From the NCBI GenBank assembly GCA_002269645.1, contig NIVC01002009.1:31127-95126 (forward strand): a stretch of DNA of 64,000 bases. Direction: 5' to 3'. The stretch comes from Macrostomum lignano (taxonomy: Eukaryota). Every line of letters begins with the position of its first letter. The first letter of the stretch is position 1. The notes below the pieces were generated by a model, which saw nothing but the letters and a program-made list of their open reading frames with translations, ran no database searches and was not told the DNA's origin. Both the position numbers and the translations under genes were made by a program. Positions 46,714 to 60,259 of this stretch are shown in pieces.

Positions 46714-48089
46714 ATGTTCTGCCGCGGGTACCCGATACGCGTCAGCAGGCACATGTCTGTCGCGGGCCGCTACCTGCTGCTGTGCCTGTACCTGTGCCTG
46801 TGGGTGTTTGCCCTCTTCAACTACAGCAGCAGGTGCCGCTACTCAGAGCCGGACGTCTTCATTGAAGACTGGCCAGTCGACGACTCCAGGCTGAAGTCGG
46901 GCCGCTGTTACCTGCGGCGGGACAGCCTCCAGCTGCAGCCAATAGATATGCATAATGCACCTGAGCTGCATCATCTGGAGACTGCTCTGGCTGGTCCCGA
47001 AGTTCCGGCACAGATGAGGTTGCGTCCTGGCGGAAGCTGGGCTCCATCAAACTGTACCCCACTGCAACACGTAGCCGTGATGGTGGCCTTCAGGAATCGG
47101 GACTTTCACTTGCGGCTGCTGCTGAACCGGCTGCATCGGATGCTGAGAAGGCAGCTGATCAAGTACACTGTGTTTGTGGTTGAGCAGGTGAGCAATGCGT
47201 TAAGCAGTAACTTGAGCAGGTGAGCAGTCATTTGAGCAGGCAGCTGATCAAGTACACTGTGTTTGTGGTTGAGCAGGTGAGCAATGAAGTTAAGAATTAA
47301 GAAGTAAGTTCAGCAGTTCAGCAGGTGAGCAGTGAGTTGAGCAGGTAAAGAGGCAGCTTTTAAAATCTTCTCTGCCGCATCACCCAGACAGGACCGGAGC
47401 CCTTCAACCGAGGCATGCTGATAAATGTTGGCGTGGTGGAGGCACTGAAGCTGGCCAGCTTTGACTGCTTCGTCTTCCACGATGTGGACATGATTCCCGA
47501 GCACGATCGGAATGTGTACCTGTGCGATGAGAACGCCAGGCACCTGGCATCCGCCATTGACGAGATGCGGTATCACGTGATGTTCTACAACTACCTCGGC
47601 GCTGTGCTGGGTGAGTAGCTATGCCGATATGTATGGTTTTGACGTGTTAGTAAGCGGGATTAAAAGCAGTTCTCTTCCCATCGGTTGTGTGCAGCGATGA
47701 GCAGCAAGAACTTCTTCCGCATCAACGGCTTCTCCAACGTGTACTGGGGCTGGGGCAACGAGGACGACGACATCAGCGCCCGCACGATGGAGGCCGGCAT
47801 GCTGGTGTCCCGTCCGCCGCCCGCCCTCGGCCGCTACAAGATGGTGCGCCACCCCAAGGCCGTCCGCATCGAGGGCGGGTACACGCACTTTATGGCCTGG
47901 CGGGCCAGGCACTATGAGGACGGGCTGAACGCGCTCAGAAAGAACTCGTACACGATCGTCAGTCGCCAGGCGATGCCTTTGTACACAAACATCTCAGTGC
48001 GGCTGTCGCTCTCCCGGCACCAGATGAAGCAGGAGTGGCTGTCAAAAACAGACTCCGTTTGGTGGTTTCTACGATTCTATTATCCGTAG
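46714..48089 (+). CDS. GT7-family beta-1,4-galactosyltransferase-like, copy 3 (diverged C-terminus)
   Basis: Exons 46714 (or 46753)-47187, 47388-47610 and 47695-48089. Same motifs and intron positions as copies 1 and 2. Confidence 0.9.
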
Positions 48090-49839
48090 ATGTACTTGAG
48101 CATATTTTATTAGGTATTTTAACTGCTGTTCGCTCTTCCACTACAGTCTGCAGGCCATTTTCTGATTTTCTGATTGCAATCGTCAAAATATTTGAGCCTG
48201 AGTATGCATTACTTTTGATGTAAATAATGGCTCTCAGTTATCGATCATATGGGAGCCGTCTTTCGATTGCCCCAAGTTTCACTACTAGCGGCGTTATCGA
48301 AACCTGTTAGCACTGCCCGAGGTTGTAATGTACTTTAGGTTGTCTTTGTTTGTATAAGTACATTTTAAAGGATTGCTCGGCTCTAAAACTCGACTTTTAG
48401 TCTGATTTTTACTTGATACCAAATCTATTTAGCCATGGTATGTAATTTTGGCCAAGGACAAAAATTGCCTCATTCTTTCAACTTTCAACTTTCAGCTGGA
48501 ACATTAATTCACGCGATTCCCATTGCACACCAGAACGCAACGCTGCATATTTTTGCTTGCATTTTAGCTCGCCTGTTAAAACTATTTAGTGCAATTCGAG
48601 ACATTTCAAAAGCAAGTCGCAACTCGCAAGAATTGGATGGGACGGAGAGGCAGTGGCCTCTAAACGAAAGCTCAGGCCGCCGCAGCCGCCCCTGAGCATT
48701 TTCGAGGAACAATGGACCAAAGCGACCCCCTTCCGACGCGTACAGCCACAACGACCATCTACGAATAGTCAACGTGCAGAAAAGAAGTAATGCAGCTAGC
48801 TATTATGCCTGCTCAAAGCAATACTGTCCAAGCATTCAATTCTTGCAGCAAAATTAAGCGTAGAAAACTGTGAATAACCATTTGAACAGTGTAACTGCAC
48901 AGCCACTTACAGCACATGGGGCTCACTGATAGTTCGGTGAAAGATGAGACAAAGATAGTGTACACTGTTTGCAATGCCAGATTATTTAAATTTACTATTC
49001 TGAAGACCAACGAGTGCTGCAGAAATTCATACAACATGAGCTTTTATTAACGAACGGAAAGGCCCGATAGCAACGTGCCTTCGAACTGTGTAGTATCTTC
49101 GGACCTATACTTAGCAACATGAAAGTCGCCCTGGGCACCCTTTGCCAGGGAAATATCTCAAGACCGAAACTTTATATTTCGCAGTAAAAAAATTGAATTT
49201 GATTTTTGAATTTTTTGAATTTCCTAACACCAAAATAGAGTTGAGTTGCGAAGGTTAGTTTCTCTCAGCGTAGCGAAATTAAGAATTTATTTCATATTAT
49301 GATCGAGCGTAGCAACGGGCAAGTGCACAGAGGTGGCCAGAAACGTTTAAATCAGGAGTCGGCAGGAGTCGGCCAAATGCGGTCCGCTAAGCCTCTCTAT
49401 CCGGCTCTCGGGTCCTTTGAAACTTCACAATAGCAATCCTATCCGCTTAAGGTTCATGTCTCTTCTCAGCTCTCTCTTCTCCTCTCTCTCTTCCCCCTCT
49501 CTATTTTCTCCCCTCTTCTCTCCCTTCTCCTATTTCCTCTCTCTCCTCTGCCCTCTCCTCCCCCCCGCTGTCCTCTCTCTATCCTCTCTATCCTCTCTTC
49601 TCTCTCCTCTCCTCTGTTAAGATAGAGGCGTTGCTGTAGGTACAATCATCGATTTCTGATATGTCCTATTTTAATCGTCGAATCGGTATTTCCCCCTTCT
49701 AGAATATTTCAGAATTCGTCTTAATATCGTACAGTGTACTTGTTTATGTTTGAATTCCAGCAATTAGTGTTTAGGAGCAACTTAATTTGCGATGCAACAT
49801 GCTGGATTGCTGGCCAACTCGTATGCTTTTGGAATCTAC

Positions 49840-50519
49840 TAGGGGTCACAATCCCGGGATCCCGGGATTTAGGGCTTTTTCCGGGATTCCGGGATCCCGG
49901 GATTCACAGGGTCGGGATTCAATCCCGGAAAGTTTATGCTATGTTTTTATTATGTCTGATATAATAGCAATTAGCAAGACAGTTAGGTAAAATATGGAAC
50001 ATACATGCATCCATGTCCACTTTCCGCTGCCCACTTTGTAAAATCTTTGATGTTTGTGTTCAGTCTTGTTTAAATAATTTAACGTTGACTTTAAATTTTG
50101 AACACATCGTGCATGTCGTGACAACCTTGACAACGTGAATGCCCACTGCCCATGCCCAGACAGTAGTAGTTTATGATTGTGAATGTAATATATACATTCA
50201 TATTGCTTTGCACAGTGATACATGTACGAACGTACATTACATAATCTAATATATGTTATACATATGCATATTACAATACATTGATATTACGAGTAGTAAT
50301 ATACTACTATAATATTTAATATACTACGAGTATAATAACATCATTGTTATAATGTTATATATTACATTACCAGCCTAGCATTACCCCTATAGCTCCTACC
50401 ATAACTGTAAGCGTTATAAAAATGTCAGTCGCAGCTTTTTTATGACAATGTTATGACAAGGATGGTACTGGAAAATATCAATCCCGGGATTGACAGAATA
50501 CGGGATTTTGTGACCCCTA
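49840..50519. mobile_element. 680-bp hAT-type MITE
   Basis: TIR taggggtcacaa / ttgtgaccccta, perfect 8-bp TSD gaatctac, subterminal atcccgggat repeats. Confidence 0.9.
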
Positions 50520-50878
50520 GAATCTACCCAAACAAATAAACTCTGCTGTTAATAAAATATTCCCTTTAATGTCCATCATACACTGTGGGAACCAGGACTA
50601 GGCATTCGGCAATTTAGCAAAAATAAAGTCACTTTAAGGCTAAGCCTCACTGCCTTGCGTGCGTCCCTATCTTTATCTACTCTCTGTCCGTCTTCTATCT
50701 CTTATCTAAATGTACATTGATTATCGATCGGTCCCTCAAGGCTTAGCATGCCAGGCCCCTTTTTAACCCCTCTTAGCTCTCTAACCCAATTTAGTCGTCT
50801 AACTGCGGCACTTTCAATTCAATTTAACTGGTTTGATCAACTGCTTTATTTCGTTTGTGGAAGGGGGGCAGCCTACAG

Positions 50879-53800
50879 TAGGGATTGCAATCCTGGGATT
50901 GGGGTCCCGAATCCCGGGACAAATTTTTGTTTTTATTTTTACAAAGTGTTGTAATATGAACATAATTGGACTCACAACTAGTTTATTATACTGCGCTAAT
51001 TCCGTTAACCGCCTTCACGTCGCGTGGCGCTTTTTTAAACCCGGCATCACAGATTTAAATGTGAAATTTATTCCAATTTAAATTTTGATATTTGATTTGC
51101 TTCTTTACTACTAGTTATTACTTTTATACTACTTTGTGGCGGCCCAATCAGCACGCAGCCAGCGATTGCGAGTACATCTGCACTGAAACCCCCTGCCCGC
51201 CAGGCTGGGGGGTGGGTGTACTCGGACAGACAGCCAATATGCTAAGTCGGGGGGTTGGCCTTCAATCGTGCCACCTTCTTAGCGCACCTCCCCATGTGAT
51301 CGCGTGCTCGCATCAGTGAACAGCTCGACGGCCGACAACAACAGCAGCCTGCTGCTCATTCCCGATGTGCTGACGGGCCGGCGCTTCCTGGTCGACACGG
51401 GCGTTGAGGTTAGCATCTTCCCTGTCACTGGTACCGATGCACACCTGCGGTCCCCTGGCCCGCCGCTTTACGCAGCCAATGGCAGCCTGATTCGCACCTT
51501 CGGCTCCCGGCAGCTCACGCTCGACCTCGGCATCAAGCGATGCTCCTGGCCGTTCGTCTTGGCCGAAGTGTCGCGCCCGCTAATCGGCGCGGACTTCCTT
51601 CGCCACCACGGCCTGCTGGTGGACCTGCCGCACCGGCGGCTCCTGGACGCCCGCTCGCTCGCCAGCGTGAACCTGCTGGACGGCATTGGGCCTGGCCTGC
51701 AGCTCGCCGCGGCTTCCACCGCAGACCCGTACAGCCAGCTGCTGGCCGAGTTCCCCGCCCTCACCGAGCCCAGTTTCCAGCGGGCTGAGCCACGACACGG
51801 GTGGAGCACCACGTCCCGACGCAGGGCCCGCCGGTCCATGCCCGCCCTCCCGCCTGCCGCCGGACAAGCTGGCGGTGGCCAAGGAGGAGTTCCGGCTCCT
51901 GGAGCAGCTCGGCATCGTTTGCCGGTCAAACAGCCCGTGGTCCTCGCCGCTGCACATGGTGCCCAAGGCCTCGGGTGGCTGGCGTCCCTGTGGCGATTTC
52001 AGGCGGCTCAACGACGCCACGGTGCCCGACCGCTACCCGGTGCCGCACATCCAGGACTTTTCAGCGCGCCTGGCCGGCTGCTCGGTCTTTTCCAAGATCG
52101 ACCTGGTTCGCGGCTACCACCAGGTACCCGTGGCTGCGGCCGACGTGCCCAAGACCGCCGTCATCACCCCGTTCGGCCTCTTCGAGTTCCTGCGAATGCC
52201 GTTCGGGCTCAAGAACGCCGCCCAGGCCTTCCAGCGGTTGGTGGATTTTGTCTGCCAGGATCTCGACTTCGTTTTCGCCTACATTGACGATTTCCTGGTC
52301 GCCAGCCGCAGCCCGCAGCAGCACCTGGAGCACCTGCGCACGCTGTTCTAGCGCCTGGCGGACAACGGTCTGATCATCAATCCGGCGAAGTGCGAGTTCG
52401 GCTGCAGCGAGATCGACTTCCTCGGCCACCAAATCAGCGCCCAGGGAGCCGTGCCGCTGCCCGCCAAAAGTCGACGCTATCGCCAGGTTTGCACCGCCAG
52501 CCACCGTCAAGGGCCTGCAGGAGTTCGCCGGCATGGTGAATTCCTACCACCGCTTCGTGCCGCGGGCCGCCCAGCTGCTGCGCCCCATCCATGCGGCCAC
52601 GGCCGGCAAGGAGAAGCTCGTGAGGTGGACACCCGAGCTGACTGCCGCCTTCGAAGGAGCCAAGCGGGCGCTGGCTTCAACCGCACTGCTGGTGCACCCG
52701 CGGGCGGACGCGCCCATCGCCCTCACTGTCGACGCCTCGGACACCGCCGTCGGCGCAGCGCTCGAGCAGCGGGTGGGCGGCGCGTGGCAGCCGCTCGCCT
52801 TCTTCAGCCGGCAGCTCCGAACGCCCGAGCAGAAGTACAGCGCGTTCGACCGCGAGCTGCTCGCCCTGTACCTGGCGGTCCGGCATTTCCGCTACGCGCT
52901 CGAGGGCCGCGCCTTCACCGCCTTCACGGATCACAAGCCGCTGGTCGCGGCCATGTCTAAGATGTCGGACCCGTGGTCGGCACGACAGCAGCGGCATCTG
53001 GCGTACGTGTCTGAGTTCACCACCGATGTCCAGCACGTCGCGGGCAAGGACAACCCGGTGGCGGACGCGCTGTCCCGCTGCACGATCGCCTCGGTGCAGC
53101 CCCGGCTGCTCCCCGGTGTTGACTTCGCGGCCATGGCGCAGGCGCAGACAGCCGACCCAGCTGCCCAAGAGGACGCTAGCCTTCAGCTCGAGCCGCTGCA
53201 GCTCAGCCCTGGCATCGCCCTGCTGTGCGACATCTCAACCGGCCGGCCGCGCCCGCTGGTGCCTCCGGATTTCCGCCGTGCCGTCTTCGACGCCATCCAC
53301 GGCCTCGCCCACCCGTCAGTCCGCAGCACGCGGCGCCTCGTGGCCGCCAAATTCGTGTGGGCTGGCATGAACCGGGACGTCAGCCGGTGGGCGCGCACTT
53401 GCGTAGCCTGCCAGACGGCCAAGGTGCATCGGCACGTCACCGCCCCGGTGGTCTCTTCGCGTCCCAGACCAGCGCTTCGCCCACGTGCATGTCGACTTGG
53501 TGGGGCCGCTGCCGTCGTCTCAAGGGTTTACGCACTTGCTGACGATCGTTGACCGATTCACCAGGTGGCCGGAGGCGATCCCGATGACTTCCGCCGCAGC
53601 CTGTGCCTCTGCCTTCATCACCCACTGGGTTGCCCGATTTGGCGTGCCGGGTGACCTCACCTCGGACCGCGGCTCGCAGTTCACGTCGCAGCTCTGGTCC
53701 AACATCTCCCGGCTGCTCGGCATACAGCTGCACCGGACTACGGCCTTCCATCCGCAGGCGAACGGGCTGGTCGAGCGGTTCCATCGGCAGCTGAAGGCCG

Positions 53801-54915
53801 CCCTCAGGGCGCGGCTGACAGGACCGGCCTGGGTTAGCGAGCTGCCCTAGGTGCTGCTCGGCATCCGGACGGCGCCCAAGGAGGACCTGCCGGCATCATC
53901 GGCTGAGCTGGTCTACGGAGCGCCTCTGCGTGCCCGGTGAGTGCCTGCAGCCCGGCCCGGCAACCGAAGGCCACGACCAGTTTCTCGTTCGGCTCCGCGA
54001 CGCAGTCCAGACGTTCCGGCCGACACCCACGGCGCATCACGGCTGCCGCCCGGCCGCCTGGCCCGCCGCACTGGATGCCTGCCCGTTCGTGTTCGTCCAG
54101 CGTCCAGCTAAAACTTACTTAAATACGTCACAAAATAATCGCCGGAATTCGGCCAATCCCAGGATCAGAAAAATACAGATTTTTAAGCTTCCGGGTTGGA
54201 ATTTTAAGGCTAAACGTTTTTTGCTACCAACTTTGATTGTAGATCGAGAGTTAATGATCTACTTGCAGATGAAAAACAGCATTATCTTATGATTTTGACG
54301 TATTTAAGTTGTATAAAATTACTAGTATATTAGTAGTTAAGAAGTAAACCAAATATCAAAATTTACATTGCAATAAATTTCACATTAAAATCTGTTATGC
54401 CACAAATTTCAAATGCAATATACATGGATGTGTTTATCGAGTATCGAGTAGGAGTGTATAAAACGAAAAGTATTGATTAAGCTTCTGAAGCTGATCTAAA
54501 TTAACTCGATCCATTGAGACTATCTACTCTGATCTCACTCTCACACAGCATCAAATACTGAGCTCGTAGCAACTAGCAACTACGAGGTACCAACCAACCA
54601 AGCGGAAGCTTATCAACTGACAACTACCAACCAATACCAATTGCCAAGTCTATCCATTAAGTAATTTGAAAAACGAAAACAAAAATTCTGACAGACATTT
54701 AGTTTTCACTCGAGTAACAGTAACGGTTTAAAAAGACGCCACGCGACGTGAGGCAATTAACGGAAATTAGCGCAGTATAATAAACTAGTTTTGGGCCCAA
54801 TTATGTTCATATTACAACACCCTTTTTGTTATAACAAAAATACAAACAAAAATTTTTCCCGAGGATCGGGAAATTTAGATTTTAAATCCCGGGATTGGGA
54901 TTTGGGCAATCCCTG
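50879..54915. mobile_element. ~4-kb TIR element (hAT-like ends) enclosing a Gypsy pol fragment
   Basis: 50879-51041 is inverted at 54727-54915, and 51043-51135 is inverted at 54310-54405. Ends tagggattgc / gcaatccctg. Shares the atcccgggat motif with the adjacent MITE. No clean TSD. Confidence 0.7.
51304..54103 (+). pseudogene. pol: Decayed Gypsy pol (PR-RT-RH-IN), truncated
   Basis: Motifs FLVDTGVEVS, YIDD, VDASD, HVDLVGP and SDRGSQF...NGLVERFH. Several frameshifts and two nonsense codons (52349-52351, 53848-53850). No gag or paired LTRs. Confidence 0.92.
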
Positions 54916-57900
54916 TAACAGACCCGTCCGCCCAACAGAAACCAATCAGAAACTCATTATGAACCCTAACCCTAGCTTTTATTTCGTCATCGGTATTCGG
55001 TACAAGTAGTATGAAGACGCACACGTCTTTTTGCCACCAGTGAACGGGCTTCTTTTTAGACGTGGGTCTTCATACTACTTGGTAAACCTAGTTTTGTACC
55101 GATGAAAAAGAACTTTGAGAAGCTCAAGAAAAATGCAAATCTCTACTTCTCCCATTGTATCTCTTTGTCTGTTCTGTTTCTCTCCTCTCTAACCTCTCTC
55201 TAGTCTCCCCCTCTCCTCTCACTTCTCTCTCGTTTTATCTCTTATCTCCTCTTTTCTCTTCTCCCTCTATTCACTTTAATTTCCTCTCATTTGGGCCGCA
55301 GCCGCAGCCATGAGCTGGATTCTTCTCTAATAGGCCCTCGATCTAAAAAAATTGTCTAAAGTCTACAGCGTAGCAGGGTTATACCCAAGGAAGGATCCTC
55401 TTAGCAATTAGCAATCATCAGCTTAAGTGCTTGGAAAGTCAGGCCAGTTTTGTGGGACATAATACTCGTACTCTCAATCAGATAGTAAACTGGCATAAGA
55501 TACCCCAAGCCTCTTCTCCAACGGGGTTGCAAAGAAAGCTATAGATAAATCATTCCAAAACACTGTACATTGCTACTTCATAAGCCGTATCTCAACTTTT
55601 GGTCAGGGGAAGGGATTGTACACGTAGTGACTTGGAGCTTGCCCCCGCCAAACTTTGTACTGGGCTTGCAATTCGAATGTGCTGTTAAAGAGCTAAATTT
55701 AACACCAAATTCTAATCACGTGACGCCCGTTTATCGGCCAAGCCCTCTCGCCACAACCCCACTTGGAAGGGACGGGTGTGTGTACATTGTATGTACGATT
55801 CTTCCTTCCTTTCCTTTCCTTTCTAACCAGCTTAAGTCAGCCTAACGCCAAAGCAATAGCAATCGCAAGCAAATGCAGATTATGCAAAGCGGTATGCAGC
55901 TTAATCTGATGAATTTTGGTGCAAAAAATGCATTTTTTACCTGAAAAGAACATCGAATGGTTATGAAACTCAAGTAAAATGTTAAATTAACTATATGGAA
56001 CACTGTGCATTGGTTTCAGTGCAAATTCCTAACATTTCCAGTTTAAATAGCCCCGGAACTAACATAAAAGTAAAAAATCAAGTTTTCAGTTTATTATCGA
56101 TAATGTTTTACCCAATGAACCGAATCTCTAGAAATTGCACACAAATATGCCTCGTTTGTGGGAAATCAGGCGTCATTAAAATATTGCCGTCCTATTGCGT
56201 TTTTTGCCTGATTTCAAGCAAAATATTAAAAAATCACTACTCTGATCGATTTCCAATCACTTTTGACACATGAGCACTTGTTGCAGACACTCAAAAACTT
56301 GGTCAATTTAAGCCAGACATTAGTACAACTCGCTGACGTTTCCGCCTTTGATCTATCATTCTTTTAAAATTTTAATCATCAATTTTTCGGGCACCCTATC
56401 AGCCAAAAATCACAAATTATCGATTTCTGATCGATTTATAAAGCCGAAAGCAGCGAAATCAGACGACGGCAATTTAAACCAATATAGTACAGCAACTATG
56501 CTATAGAAATTCGAAATCGGATTATTCGCACCATGTTCTCAAAATTATAATGAGCAATAATGTGAAAGTCATGTGATTTTTTTAAAAATCGATTTTTGTC
56601 GATTTTCTCAGCACTGCAGAATCGTAGGAAAACAAAACTTTAGACACTTGTAGATATTTGCATTGCGCATCCAACTACACTGCTTTGAAGCGCAAACTCA
56701 AGAAGCTTCGTAGGAAAAAGTGGCGAAATAATAAAATGAGGGTCATTTTTTACCCAAAAAACCCACCAAAACTGCATAAAGATGTCGAAATAAATTTAAG
56801 TGCGTGGGATGGGCCTTCGGCCGCCATGGGTAGAAATTATTCACTCGCCCGAGGCCCCGCCAGTCGGCGCCTTCGGCGGCGCCGGCCTCGGCTCGTTCAC
56901 TGGTGGAACTACTAGCAATGTGCCAAGTTTTTCGTTTCTAGGAAAGTCGGAGAGTTTTTGTTTAATCAGTGTACCATCCAATTCGGTCAAAAGTGGCCCC
57001 ATTTTATGTAAAGTAAATTAGAGACACCACAGTTGCAGTCTGCACTGACCTGACCCTCCTGAACACCATTACTACGTATCGTGCAGATAGAGCTGGGTTT
57101 TCAGATGTTTTGACGCAAAAAACGCAAATTATACTACTATCTGAAAATGAAGTAAGTAGTATACAAAAACGCTATCCTAAGCGTGATATATGGCAATATG
57201 TAGTTGTAATAATCCATGTGCTCATATATGTACATTAATTCCATGTACATTAATCCCTATCTATCTCAAATTGGATATGTACATTAATTCCATGTACATT
57301 AATCCATATCTCAAATGTCCATGTCTATCCCCAATTCTATATGTACACTCACATTAATCTACAGTGTCATCCCCAGACGGTCTGAGCGCGCACCAAAATT
57401 ACATGTACAATACTACATGTACGCAGAGGCGAGAATTACTAATCTCATCTACTACCAAATGAGTCAACTAACCGTGTAGCGCACATCATGTATAAGTATT
57501 TACAATGAAGATATATTTACATTTAATCAGTAGCATATTACAGGAATCGAGACATGTACACCATCACCAGCAAATAGAATATACAGAAAATTTTACATTG
57601 TTTTTTCAATAATTTTCTCTTCATAAATGATTTTAAACAGGTCTGACATGCAAAATATGTACAATAGATTTTTACATTGGCAATTTCGCCACACACAATA
57701 CAAAAATGCTCTATGTACATGAATTATATATATACAGCAAATAGATTCTGATAAATACAGCAGTATTACAATGCAAATTATGTACAATAAATAGATTTTA
57801 CTAATTTAATATTGCAAAATGTACATTGAATTGTCAGTCACCATTATTTATAGCCATAAGGCCTGCTGCAGGCCCCGTACACCCGTTTTGTCAGGACGCG

Positions 57901-60110
57901 CTGAAACGTCTTGTCCATATTGATCGTGTGGATGGTACAAGACCCCTTGTCGCGCTTTAATCCGCAAAATATGCCACTGACGCTGGTGTACACTATGGAA
58001 TTAATTATGTTGCATGTTGAATCACCCTTTATCTTCGGCTATATTCAAAATTCAACCCCAAGACTTGTTCGAAAACATCCACCCCTCAGCAGACCCCTAT
58101 AAAGCAAATCGAATTGAACCACTCGTCCCTGTTTCTCTCTGTCACCCTTCTGAATGCTAAGGAATTTCGACCCCTCTCCATTTTCAGTGTACAAACAGAT
58201 CTTTTCACAGCACGGAGCCTATATTAAACCTCATTCAGCAAAACCCCTCTTCTCCAATTACGTCATCCATGCCGCCCCAGTTAGCAAGAAACTAACTTTC
58301 AATGCACACATCAACCCCACGAATCTGAGCAAATCCGAGTCAACCTTCAACTGCATCGACCCAATACCCCTGCATCTGTCAATGTACACAGCCTATGAAT
58401 CAGTGTCTCCTCCGCATACAATTCCGAGACTGAATTCTATAGATGTGTTTTGTCACAGAAATACTTTGGCACTATGGCCAATGCGGTATACTAGAAGTAG
58501 TGAAGTCCACCCGCCCAAAAACGTGCTGCTATGCCAATTCTATCGCTTCCCCTGCCCTCTCACTTCAAGCTTTCAGACTCTATGAAAGTTCGATCTCTCG
58601 AAGCAGGAATGAATCACCCACTGACCTCTCCAAGTTGGAATTCCGTCCAAGTTTATTAAAAGCTAAATTACTATCTCGTAAAAAGCACATTTCATATAAG
58701 GCGAGTTTTCTACAGTTTTTTAATTTTAACGTTAAAAGTTAGACTTTGTGGATAAAAATCAGTAATTTCATCACTGGAAACTTCAACAGTTAATTTACCC
58801 AAATGCCGTTTCAACTTTACTTGAGACGGCTTCGAAGCAGGAATAAATCCCACATGGAAGTCCGCAGCCAGCCCAGCCCAAGAAATAGTTAATGGAGGCT
58901 AAATTACTAGTAATGCAATTTTTTTCATGAAAAACACGAGTTTTCCTCATTTTTCGATTTTAAACGTTAAAATGCTTACTTTATGGATCGAAATCTGTCA
59001 TTTTATCAATAGAAATCATAATTTTAGCTAATAAACCATCAAAAATGCTGTTTTGTCATTCAAATAGGCATGTATATTGCCCAAGAAGCTGGGGAAATAT
59101 TGTATAGACACTGTAAAATTGGGGCTAAAAACACAGTCTGCTATTAAACTTAAAGTTTTCAGCATTCAATTGATTTCGATTACTAAATCATGTCATTGAT
59201 GCTATTTTAAACGTTATTCTCAGTTCTGAAGCTCCCAACAGCCTCTTTTAGATGCACTGAATCGGTTTTGTTGCATACTTTGCATGTTGAATCACCCTTC
59301 AATTCAACGATTCTCCGCTATACATTCTAGCCATATCAAAATTCAACCCAGGACTATTAATGTTCGCTAATATGGAGAGAACAGCACAACACCTAACCCA
59401 GCCTCACCAAGGCAATTCTTTACTACCGCGTAAATGCCATAACTGACTCTCTGTCACTATAACCCCAGGTCCATCCCTAAACATTACGTAAACAGAAGTA
59501 GAAAACTCTGTCTCTCTGATTTTTTGGCTCGAGACAGGGGCTGTCACCTATTACTCTTTGATGGATATTTTAGATGATGGCAAGAGCTTTTCATCGACCA
59601 TTAACTCTTCCCCAAGCCTCTGTCAATCGGATGCTTTGCACACAAGCCCCATTTCCCCCAGGTCATTAAATTGATACAGCGATTTTTGACATCCATTTTC
59701 TCGCAGAGACAGGCGGGCCTTAAAAACCACAGAAGTTATCTTTCATATTTTTCATCTGTATTTAGCTATTATTGGTCAGCTTCTGCCAATTGTTTTCTGG
59801 ATAAACACCGTTTTCTATCCGATTCAAGTCGAAAAGATATGTTGCAAGAGGAAGCGGTCTTCTTCTTTGAGAGACTGTACTCTGACGAAGTCGCCATTTC
59901 ACTCCTGCGAGAGTGCCGGTTGGATGGCTCCGCTCAGATCCAATAAAATACCGCATGAGAAAAGAATTGGCGGGGTAATTTTGACCCCAACTTTTCTATA
60001 CCAAATGCGGAATGGAGTGTTCAATCGTACACTAATCTGGAGAATATAGACCCGGGAAAGAAAATCACGCACAATTCTCGTGCCCCTACCCCACCCTCCC
60101 TCTTGCGGGG

Positions 60111-60117
60111 TATATAA
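60111..60117 (+). promoter_or_regulatory. Candidate TATA box of the pPolB gene
   Basis: gggTATATAAagc lies ~145 nt upstream of ATG 60260 and is followed by a (CAG)n-rich leader. Confidence 0.5.
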
Positions 60118-60259
60118 AGCGGGTGAGAGCTGCTGCAGCCGCATCCGCAGAAGCAGCCAGCAGCAGCAGAAACCACAACAGCAGCATCAGCAACAACAGC
60201 AGCAGCAGCAGCAGCCGCAGCATCAGCAGCATCAACAACCATCTACCTTCCCCATCGAA

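Noticed and set aside
49345-49420. Possible hAT terminus (caggagtcggc)
   Set aside because: No matching opposite terminus or TSD was found.
56815-56915. Helitron 3' end (GC hairpins followed by CTAG)
   Set aside because: CTAG is not followed by T, the hairpin spacing is off, and no 5' TC end was identified.
55000-60100. Polinton left terminal inverted repeat
   Set aside because: No convincing AGTAGT-type terminus or 6-bp TSD was found, and the partner end is outside the window.
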